In this document: positions 38,601-50,600 of the stretch, one piece after another
Numbering within the stretch: the stretch's first letter is position 1
Layout: every line of letters starts with the position of its first letter
Assembly (NCBI GenBank): GCA_046314355.1
Contig: JBKBWQ010000001.1
Location: 1,280,001 to 1,344,000 of the forward strand
Direction of reading: 5' to 3'
Length of the DNA stretch: 64,000 nucleotides
Source of the DNA: Candidatus Altimarinota bacterium
Lineage (GTDB): Bacteria; Patescibacteriota; Gracilibacteria; 1-14-2-50-48-13
Program-made: the position numbers and the translations under genes
Notes under the pieces: generated by a model
What the model saw: the letters and a program-made list of their open reading frames with translations, nothing else
What the model was told of the DNA's origin: nothing
Database searches by the model: none

Positions 38601-41600
38601 AGAAGACTACGTTGAGAGAGTTCAGCTGTTCTGGATCTGTAAGACCTGTCTGAGCTCCTGCGGCTTGAGTGTTTACAAAGAGATCAGTTGGCGGTAGATC
38701 TGACTCAATACGGAATGTATTCGTAGTAGAGAATGCACCTTCCAGATCATTGGTATCCCAGAACTTGATTTTCCAATAATATGTAGTGTAGTTGCTGTAA
38801 GCAAGTATTGGTGCAAAGTCAGGAGTTCTAGTGTTGTCTGCAAGAGGACTTGCAAGAGCAGTACCAGCAGCGCCGCTGTCATGCATAATACTTGTAAATG
38901 CTGCATCTGATGCGATCATCAAACGGTACTTTGTAGCATCTTCACCTTCAGGATCATGATAGACAGCTGAGAAGGCAAGATTTGTTGTATCAAGGGTAGG
39001 TGTAGAGAGACCACTTTGTGCTGTCTCTGAAACACTATTTGTGTAGAGTCCGTCTGGTGCGCTTGGAGCTCCATTTACCTGAATAGTAAATGTGTTCGCA
39101 GCTGAGTATGCACCTTCCTTATCATGACTATCCCAAGTCTTTATTCTCCAATAGTAAGTAGTGTAATCAGTATAGCTCACTGTAGGATTGATATCCGGAG
39201 TTCGCTCGTTGTCTGCTACTGGAGTTACAAATGCTGTACCTGCTGCTCCATTGTCATAGATAGTACTTGCAAAGTTAGAGACTGTAGAGATCTGAAGTCT
39301 ATACTTAGTGGCGGTATCGCTATCCACATCATGATGAAGTGCTGAGAAAGACACATTCATTGAATTTAATGTTGGATCTGTATATCCAGACTGAGCACCT
39401 TCGTCACTTCTATTTGCGAAGAGTCCGTTTGGAGCAAGAGGTGCTCTATTGAATGTAAAGTATGCTGCAGATACTCCGCTTGGAGAGAATGCTCCTGCGC
39501 TATCAGTAGTATCCCAGAATTTTATTCTCCAATAGTAGGTAGTATTTTCATCAAATGCAGTCGTAGGTATCGTAATATCAGGGGTTCGATCTCCGTTTGC
39601 AAGAGGAAGTGCGAGTAGGGTACCTCCTGAACCACTGTCATAGATAGTACTTGTGAAGTTCTGATCACTAGAGATCTGAAGCTGGTATTTTGTTGCATTA
39701 TCACTATCCGGATCATTGTGGATAGCTGAGAACGCGAGATCCATAGTGGTGAGTGATGTAGGATTTACTACTCCTGCCTGGGCAGTTTCTGCTACGGTGT
39801 TAGAGTAGAGACCACTAGGAGAAGTAGGAGCCTGATTTGTCTGTACACTAAATTGTGCAGTAGTAGAGAATGCACCTTCAAGATTATTAATATCCCAGAA
39901 TTTGATTCTCCAGTAATACTGTGATCCATTTGTATATGTAATAGCTGGTGCTAAGTCTGCTGTACGTGCATTATCTGCAACTGTGATGGCAGTTCCTGTA
40001 GATCCACTATCATAGAGGGTAGTAGCAAAAGTATTATCTGTAGATACTTGAAGTCGATATTTAGATGCAGCATCAGCATCAGGATCGTGATATTTTGCTG
40101 AGAAGACAATATTTGTTGAGTTCAAATTTGTAGGGTTTGTAATCCCTGTCTGCGCAGTAGCGGCTGCCGTATTAGCAAAGAGTACGTCCGGCGCAGTTGG
40201 ACTCTGATTAACAATGTAGTTAAAAGGAAGAGTAAATGAAGAATGGAGAGGAACAGAGAATCCTTTATTGTTCGCATCATCCCAGAACTGGAGCATTACA
40301 TAGTAAGTGGTATTTGGTGTCAAAGTTGGACTTACGAGTATATCCGGAGTTCTTGTTCCACTGGCGACAGGAGAAGCAAAGGCGATACCGTTTATACCAC
40401 TGTCATAGACAACAGAATAGTAGAATGTTGTATCAGCCGCGATTACTAGTCTATATTTAGATGCTGCATTTCCGTTAATATCCTTATAGAGGGCAGATAC
40501 TGCAAGTGCATTTGAGTTTAATACTGTTGGTGTGAGGCTTCCTGTCTGAGCTGTATTTGCCTGTGTATTTACAAATACATTTTCAGGTGCATTTGGTCCG
40601 ATATTTTCAGTACTTCCGCAATTCTGAGCAGTACATCGAGCAAACCGGATTCCTCCAGATCGTGCATATGTGATACGTGGAAGATCATCCTGACCTATGA
40701 AGAGTGAACTTCTATAACCTGAACCTGCTGCTGCATCAATAGTAGAGATAGTTCTATTTGAACAATCAGCATTCGTACATGTAGCATATCTAAGGCTTGT
40801 CCCGTTATAGTGGTAGCTTATTCTTGCAAATCCGTCTGCGCCGAAGTCAAATCCTTCCGTATAGCTTGAAGCCATATTTGTGAAACGATCGATTGGCATT
40901 CTTGTAGAAGACGTACATGCACTGTCAGTACATCTATAGTACATGATAAATCCGCCATCAGCATTTCCTGTTTCGTAAGTTAAATGAAGCCTATCAGAAG
41001 GATCAAGACGGACATTAAGTGTTGAATCTCCACCTACACCTGCGGTATCTGTAAGTACCACTGGAACAGCAGCAGAACATGTAGGATTAGCACAATCAAT
41101 GATTGCAACTTTCTGTGCATTATTTACATAAACAATTTTATGTGTGCCAGTAGATGTAGTCAGAAGTGTTTTTACCATTCCAACCCCGCCACCTGCGGTA
41201 TTTACAGTGTTAATCGTCGGTGATGTACAATCCTGATTTGAACAAGTAATGTATTCAAGAATGTTTGCACCTATATTAGTAGAGACAAAGGTTGGGATAT
41301 CTGAGGCACTAAGTACCATTGAATTTCCGTAACCCACTGCATTCGCTCCTCCGACTCCTGTTCTGATATTTGTAATTACTGGAGCAGAACAGTCTTCGTC
41401 TGTACATCGTGCAAGACGTAGAGCTGTATTGCCGCCATTGTTAGATTGATAATAGATTCGAGCAAAGCCATCTGAGCCCATTATGAGCTGAGTATAGTTA
41501 TTTGAACCTGCTGTAGCATCGACTGAGGTAGTCTTTTTAAGACTACAATCATCATTGAGACATCGTACGTAAGACACTGTGGTCCCAAGTCCTACGATTC

Positions 41601-44600
41601 TTCCAAATCCATCAGCACCTTTGACCATAACTGGTGTACCTGAGGTAAAGCCAGTAACAGTTGTGAGTGAAGCTGGTATGGCTGTACCTATATTAAATGA
41701 AGCTCCTGCTGAGAATGGGCTAGCAAGTCCTCCCGCATCTATAAATGAGACTCTCCAATAAAGAGTTTGTCCTTCCATTGGTTTGTAGGCAGCAAACATA
41801 TCCTGGCTTCTATTGCCTGAAGTCGGAGGAGTTGTGAATGCTGTACCTGCGGCTCCTGCATCATACACGATATCGCTGAATGCGTTGTCTGTAGCAAGCT
41901 GGATTCTATATTTTGCTGCAATATCACCGCTGTCTGCGTCGTTGTAGACTGCACTGAATGCGACACTCGCACTCTGAAGATTTGTAGGATTTGTCTGTCC
42001 TGACTGGGCAGTCGTAATATTTGTATTAGAGTAAAGCGCAGTTGGTGCGGTTGGAGCATTTGTACCATTACCTGTTGTGAACTGCTGTGTAGCTGAGTAT
42101 GCACCTTCTGCGTTACTTACGTCCCAGAACTTGATTCTCCAGTAGTAGGTAGTATTTACGCTAAAGCTGTAAGGAACAGCTATGTCAGAAGATCTTGTAT
42201 TGCTTGCAAATGATGTAAGGGATGTACCTGCAGCTCCATTATCATAGACTGTGCTTGCAAAATTATTTACAGTAGAGAATTGTACCCGATACTTGTTTGC
42301 ATTTCCAAGATCTGGATCGTTATGGACTGCTGAGACTACAAGATTTGTATTTGAGATACTTGTAGGATTAATTAGTCCACTCTGAGCAGTATTTGCCGCT
42401 GTATTAATATATGGAGTAGTTGGTGCTTCAGGAGTAAGGTTGATAGTAGTACCACAAGTGGCATTTGTACATCGTGCAGCTTTTGTATAAAGAATCCGTG
42501 CGAATCCGTCAGCTGCGATCTTGAGCCCTGACTGAGTGCTGAATGCTGCTGCATCTACCGTACTCTTAGTTCGAGAACTACAGTTGGCAGAAAGACATGC
42601 AATATATCTAGGTACATATCCTCCATCTGAATAAGTAATCTTAGGGAATCCATCTGTACCATTTGCTATACCTACAGCAAGTGTTGTTGCAGGATTGTTT
42701 TGCGTATCGAGTGCAATAGAAGTAGATGTTGAACAGTCTACGTTACTACACTTAATACCCATGATGGAGTTTGTATTTGATCTTGTTACAATGAACGGTA
42801 TATCTGATCCATCTAACACAAGATTTGCATAATCTACTGCAGTCACACCTGCAATAACCTGAGTTGTCGGCGAAGTACAGTTTGCGTCAGTACACTTCAT
42901 ATAAGTAAGTGCATTTCCGCTTCGGATAACTGCAATTCTAGGGAAGCCGTCTGCTGCGATCTGCATACCTCCTCTGACTGAACCCATAGTACCTGGAAGT
43001 GTAGTAGCGATACTAGTAGTACAAGTATCGTTTACACAACGAGTATACTCATAGCTGCTGTTAGAGCTGTTTACATAGAGGATTCGTGGAAGATTATCAT
43101 TTCCAAGAGCCATTCTGATGTAGTATCCAGTGAATCCTGTGGCTGCTACTGTTGTACCAGCTGTTGTGGTACAATCAGCATTTGTACATTTGATGTATTT
43201 GAGATCAGCGTTTGAACTATCCTGATATGCTATAAATGGTACATCACCTGTTCCAAGTACAATATCCGCTGCTCCAACAGATACTGCTGAATCAAGGATA
43301 GTAGTAACCTTTAATGAACAGTCTGCGTTCTGACATCTTGTATATTTAAATCCTGGACTGTTTGCAGAGAGATATCTTGGGAATCCGTCAGACCCAAGTG
43401 CAATTCCGTATGGATTTGTTGTACCTCCTAAAGAAGTAATAGAAGGGTTTAGGTTAGAACCAATAGTAAACTGTGCGGCAGCAGAGAATGCTCCTTCAAG
43501 ATTTCCCGCATCAAAGAACTTAATTCTCCAATAATAAGTTTCACCTTCCATTGGTTTGATGACAGCTGCGATATCTGAACTTCTAGAACCTGCATTTACT
43601 GCTGTCATAGTTGTACCAGCAGATCCGCTGTCGTATACGAGACCTGTGAATCCTGAGTCTGTAGCGACCTGAATCTGATATTTTGTAGCAGTATCACCTG
43701 GATCCGTATCATTATAAAGGGCGCTGAATACCACGCTTCCGCTCTGTAAGCTTGATGGATTAGTAAGTCCTGACTGTGCAGTAGCTACGTGAGTATTACT
43801 GTAAAGACTTGTTGGTGCCGTAGGTGGGATTGTCCCTGAACCTGTTGTGAACTGTGCTGTAGCTGAGTATGCACTTGTTGCATTTCCGCTGTCTATGAAT
43901 GCAATTCTCCAGTAATACGTTGTATTAATATTAAACGTAAATGGTATATCGAGATTTGCAGAACGTGCATTGTTTGCAAGAGAAGGCATGAATGTTCCAG
44001 AAGATGTGTTGTCATATACAGTTGAAGCAAAGTTGCTTACCGTAGAGAACTGAACACGGTACTTATTTGAAGTATTTATATCAGGATCATGGTATACAGC
44101 TGAGACTGTGAGGTTGGTATTTGCAAGTCCAGTAGGATTTACTGATCCGCTCTGAGCTCCATTAGCTTGAGTATTGATATATAAGTCAGTAGGAGAATCA
44201 GGAGTGATATTAAGTGGTGTCCCACATGTAGAGTTTGTACATCGTGCATATCGTGCAGTGTTTGAACTTACAGAGTACATAAATCTTGGGAATCCATCAG
44301 GAGCAAGAGTAAAACTACTTCTGTATGCTCCAGTAGAAGCATCGATCTGGGAGGTCTGACGTGTATCACATGAGAAAGAGAGACATGATGTATATCTAAG
44401 ATTTCCAGCGCTGCTTACATAACTGAATTTTGCAAATCCGTCTGTACCCTTTGCAATGCCTCCGTAAATGAAGGTGGCAGGGTTGCTCATCGTATCAAGA
44501 GCTCTATAATCAAATGTACTACAGTCAGCCACGGTACATGTTGCTGAACGTAGAGAATATGGAGCAGTATTTGATTCAAATACCATAAATGGCAGATTGG

Positions 44601-47600
44601 AACCGTTCAGGATCATGTTTACGAAACCAAGACCGCTTGTACCCGTAAGTGTGTAGATATTTGTTGCGCCACAATTCGCATCATTACATTTTACAAAGAT
44701 AATCGCACCTGCGGAATCAGCGAGAGCAAGTCTTGGGAACCCGTCAGTACCGAAAGCAATAGATCCTCTGGCATTAGAGTTCGTTACAACGATGTTATTT
44801 GTTACATTAGTAGTACATGTAATATTTGTACACTTTGTGAATATGAAATTGCCAGTACTGATATTTTTATAAAGTATCCGTGCAAATCCGTCAGATCCAA
44901 CTTCCATATTGAGATAGTATCCTGTGAATCCTGCAGATGCTACTGTAGTGATTTCAGGAGTAGTACATGCATTATCAGTACAATGAAGATATTTAAGATC
45001 TGCATTAGTAGAATCCTGGTAAGCAATGATAGGAAATCCATCGGAGCCCATCTTAATCGCTGCCATACCTGCTACTGCGGAAGCGTTATCAAGAATAGTG
45101 ATTGTTCGAATAGAACAGTCAGCATTCTGACAGAATACGTAATTGAGCTTGCTTGTATTATTGTCTGTATAGAGCAGTCTTCCAAAGCCGTCTGTACCAG
45201 TAGTCATAGCTGTATAGTACACTGATGTACTTGAGACATTGAGGTTGGTAAGGGACGCTGGAATATTGCTTCCTACAGTAAACTGTGCAGCGGTAGAGAA
45301 AGCTCCTTCAAGATTTCCTGCATCAAAGAATTTGATTCTCCAATAATACGTTTCACCTTCCATTGGCTTGATCACAGCTGCGATATCTGGAGACCGGGCA
45401 CCGATAGCAGTAGTAGTCATAGTTGTACCAGCAGATCCGCTGTCATAGACGAGACCAGTAAAGCCAGAGTCTGTAGCTACTTGAAGCTGATATTTTGATG
45501 TGCTATCTCCTGGATCGTTGTCGGCATAGACTGCGCTGAATACCACACTTCCGCTCTGTAAGCTGGATGGATTAGTCTGTCCAGACTGAGATGTAGCCGT
45601 ATGAATGTTTGCGAAAAGGTTTGTAGGTGCACTTGGAGCAATAGTTCCAGCTCCAGTAGTAAATGTAGCAGTTGAGGAGTATGTACCAGTAGCATTTGAT
45701 GAGTCTATAAAGAGAATTCTCCAATAGTACTGAGTATTGATATTAAATGTTGTAGGAACTGAGATGTCTGATGATCTTGCACCATGTGCAACGGGTGACA
45801 TATCAGTATTTCCACTATCATACACAGTGCTTGCAAAAGTGTTCACAGCTGATACCTGAAGTCGATATTTCGTTGCATTCTGTGCTTCGGGATCTGAGTT
45901 AATGGCAGAGAACACGAGGGAGCTATTGGAAATACCAGTTGGATTTGCGAGACCACTCTGTGCAGTATTAGCAGCAGTATTCACAAAGAGATTACTTGGT
46001 GAATCTGGTGCAAGATTTGTAGTTGGTCCGCAGATCGAGTTTGTACACCGTGCAAACTTAAGATCACCGTTATTATTATCATGATATGCAATCCGTGCAA
46101 ATCCATCTGATCCAGTGATTACTGAAGTCTGTACTCCAGTGAATGCTCCGGAATCAATGATTGTTTTAGTACGTGAAGAACAACTTGTATTTGAACAAAC
46201 GATAAGTCCAAGATTTCCATCAATGGGCGCAGCTGCAGCTTCAGTTATCTGTGCAAATCCATTGCTTGCGATGATAATATCTGGTCTATAAAGGAGAGAG
46301 TTTGTTGCAAGAGTATCAAGGGCAACCGTATTTAGAGTAGAACAAGTGGCATTAAGACATTCTACATATTGTAGAACATTTCCTGCTCCATGGTATACAA
46401 TTCGAGGTAGATTCGAACTATTGAGGGCAATAGCCGGAGACATATTTGCACTTGCACCTAGCGGAGATGAGAGAGTAGTAGAAGTCTTTAGAGTACAGTC
46501 TGCATTTGTACATGTTTCAAGTACTATTGTAGGTGTAGAAGTATTATTTCCGTATCTTACAATTCTTGCAAAACCGTCAGTTCCAAGGGCAAGGTCAGAA
46601 TACACACCTGATGTGGCAATCTGAGTTTTTACGTTTGTACTACAATCTGCATTTGTACACTGTACATATTTAGCTCCTCCACCTACTCCATAATAATTTA
46701 TTCGAAGAAAGTTATCAGATCCCATAGCAACTGAAGGGTACATTCCGTAACTATCAATGGAACTACTTGTTGAAGTAGTACAATCATCATTGGTACAGAT
46801 TGTAAGCCGAGGAATATTACCACTTTGTATATATACGATTCGTGCGAATCCGTCAGTACCGATAGTAATTCCTGTATTCATAGCAAGTACGCTTGTTGCC
46901 ACTTGGTTAGAAACAGAAGTGCTACAATCTGCGTTTGTACATCTAGTATATCTGAGGGCACTGTTGCTTGCGTCATAATGACTGATTCTTGCAAATCCGT
47001 CTGATCCGAGAGCAATAGAATTAAACCGTCCAACTATATTTGCCGTATCCACAGAAACTGTATTTGCACTAAAGGCACTTGCCATAGTAAAAGTTGCAGC
47101 ACTTGCTCCTGAAGGAGAGAACGCACCTATACCGCCATTTACATCAAAGAACTTAATTCTCCAGTAATAAGTAGTGCTTTCTGTTAATGACGCACTTGTA
47201 GATATATTTGCTGAACGTGCTCCTGATGCAAAATTTGTAATAGGTGTTCCTGCAGAACCTGAATCATAGATGATTGAGCTGAAGTTATCATCAGTGGCAA
47301 TCTGGATCTGGTACATGTTTGCAGCGTTACTCTCTGTATCGTTATGAATAGCTGAAAAGACAAGATTTGCTGTACCTAGGTTAGTAGGATTTGTAAGTCC
47401 GCTTTGAGCTCCGTTGGCTGCAGTATTAGCATAAAGAGTTGTTGGAGATGCAGGAGCTGAGTTTGCCGATCCACAATAATCATTGGAACACTGGATATAC
47501 TCTAGATCACCGCCCGTATTATCATAATAGGCTACTCGAGGAAATCCTGTAGGGCTTAATGCGAGCGCAGGGAACTGACCAGTGAAGCCTGTAGAATCAA

Positions 47601-50600
47601 GTACGCTTATTGATTTTGTTATACATTCTGGATCTAGACAACGTACGTAACGGAGATCGCCATTAGTAGCATCATAGTGTGTGATTCTTGGATTATCATC
47701 TTGCCCCATCTCTAGAGATGTTTGTAAACCAACTGTATTTGCCGTATCTACAGAAGAGATGATACTACTAGAACATGAAGCGTTTGTACATCGTGCAAAT
47801 TTAAGATCGCCGTTGGTAACGTCCTGATATGATATTCTTGCAAATCCATGGGTCCATATGGCAATAGATGTGTATGATCCTACATCTCCTACTGTATCCA
47901 AAGTGGTGATGCTGCTAGCAGAACATTCAGCATTAGAACATTGTGCATATTTTAGATCACCATTTGTAACATCTTTATAAGAAATCCGTGCAAATTCATC
48001 AGCACCGATGGCAATGGATGTGTGGTCACCAACATTTCCGGTTGTATCGACAGCATTAATGACACTACTAGAACATGATGTATTAAGACATTGTACGTAT
48101 TTGAGATCACCGTTTGTCACATCCTTATAGGCAATTCGTGCAAATCCATCAGCTGCTATGGTCATAGAAGTATACTGACCAACATTTCCAACTGAATCAA
48201 TAGTCGTAAGTACACTAGTAGAACATGCTGCATTCGTACACTGAGCAAACTTCAAATTCTGATTCGTTGCATCGTAATAAGAGATTCGTGCGAACCCATC
48301 TGGAGCCATTGCTATAGAAGTATAGTCACCGACTGAACCAGTACTATCTACTGTTGTTAGTGTCTTAAGTGAACATGTTGCATTGGTACACTGAGCAAAT
48401 TTTAAATCATAGTTTGTTGAGTCACGGTAACTGATACGTGAGAAGCCATCGGATGCTATGACATGTGCTGTCTGATCACCTACATTATTAGTGGAATCAA
48501 CTGTCGTCAGTAAAGGTGATAGATTTGCATTTGTTTTGAAAGAAGCTGCTGTTACACCAGATGGAGAGAATGAACCTTCACTTCCATTTGTATCCCAGAA
48601 CTTAATTCTCCAATAGTAGGTAGTATTTTCTGCAAAGGTAGCCGTTGTAGAAATATTTCCTGAACGGGCATTGTTTGAGATAGTTGAGATAGCTGTACCG
48701 GCGGCGCCGCTATCAAATACGATGGCACTGAAAGCATCATCTGTTGCTACCTGGATACGGTATTTATTTGCTGCAAGACTATCAAGAGAGCTATGAATAG
48801 CAGAAAACACTACGTTGATAGAACTTAGTGTTGTTGGGTTAGTTAACCCTGACTGTGCTCCTGTCGTGCTGATGTTTGAGAAAAGGGCAGTTGGCGCTGT
48901 TGGTGGGACACCTCCACAGGTTTTACTAATACAATGGAGCATCTTAAGATATCCTCCTCCTCTATAAATAATATTTGGAAATCCGCTGCTGTTGATATCA
49001 AGCGCTGTTGCTGAAGTTCCATTACCGCTCTCATAAGTAAGATTAGTTCTAGAAGTACAAGTGCTGTCAGAACAATACATATATTCCGCACCGTAACTGA
49101 TATGCACAGCATCATCTGCATCTATTTTCATAGAAATCGGATTTCCTCCAGTTTGTGTGCTGGCACTTGCATCGAGTGAAATAGGAGTAGATCCTGTACA
49201 AGCTGAGTTAAGACATTGGATATATTTAAGTGTACTTCCAGCAATATAGGCTATTCTTGGAAATCCATCGCTAGCGAGTGCTATAGATGAATAAGATCCT
49301 CCAAATGGAGTGGTATTATCGATAGTTGTAATATTGCTTGAAGAACAGTCGATATTGAGACATTCTGCATATTTCAATGTATACGCTCCATCTTCAATAT
49401 AAGATATTCTCGGTAAATTTGGAGTAGGCGCTGTGGAAGGTGTAAGTACCATAGAAGCCATTCTTCCAGTAAATCCTGTGGATTCTATTGTTGTTCTTAC
49501 CTTTGTGCTACATGTATCATTTGTACATCGTGCAAACTCAAGATCGGCACTTCCGCCGTCTCTATAGACAATACGTGCAAAGCCATCTGTTCCAATTTCC
49601 ATATCGTGCTCTGAACCTACACCTATACCTGAATCCACTGCGGTACTAGTCTTAGTTGAACAGTCCGCTGCAGTACATTTTATAAAGTAGAGAGTTGTAT
49701 TTGTTTGATTATAGGAAGTGATTCTAGGAAATCCATCTAGTCCCATTGCAATGTTATTACTTGGTCCAGCACTTGTGCCATCTCCTCCATCTAGGATAAG
49801 AGGAGTTGTTTTTTGTGAACAAGAGAGGTTCAGACACTGTGTATATTTCAAATCCTGAGCACTTGGATCATAGTATGCGATTCTGCTGAATCCTGAGCTA
49901 TCTAATGCAATAGACATGACAGGAGATAATGTTCCTCCTGAAATCATGTTATCTACAACACTGATTGTTGGTGCAACATCCTGTGCGATCGTGAAAGTAG
50001 CAGCACTTGATCCTGATGGAGAGAATACCCCTTCAGTTCCATTAATATCCCAGAATTTCACTCTCCAATAATAAGGAGTGCCTACGGAAAGTACATGAGC
50101 AGTTGAGGGTCTAAGATTTGAAGATCTTGCTCCCTCTGCAGCTGAGGTTGTTTCACCAGCGGCTCCTGTGTCAAAGACGATAGTATTAAAGGCGTTATCT
50201 GTTGCAATCTGTATGCGGTATTTATTTGCAGCTTCTCCTTCTGCGTCATTATGTATAGCTGAGAAAGCGAGTTGAATTGAAGCAAGATTAGTGGGGTTGA
50301 CATTACCTGTCTGAGCACCCGTATAACTTGTATTTACGAAAAGTGATGTAGGACTAGATGGTCCTGATGTAGGAGAACAATTTATATCTCCACACTTAGT
50401 GAACCGTAGATCTCCATTAGTGAGATCATAATGAAGGATCTGCGGAATTCCTGTTGAATCAACTGAGATAGAAGGATAAAGACCCACATTATTTGTTGTT
50501 TCAATTGAATTTGTATTTGCACTTCCACATGCATCACTACTACATACTGCATATCGTAGATCTCCGTTTGTCTGATCATAGTATGCAATGATTGGGATTC

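Noticed and set aside
43465-45600. Diversity-generating retroelement TR/VR pair
   Set aside because: Differences I compared between copies are mostly synonymous and not adenine-restricted, both copies are in-frame coding modules, and no reverse transcriptase is present
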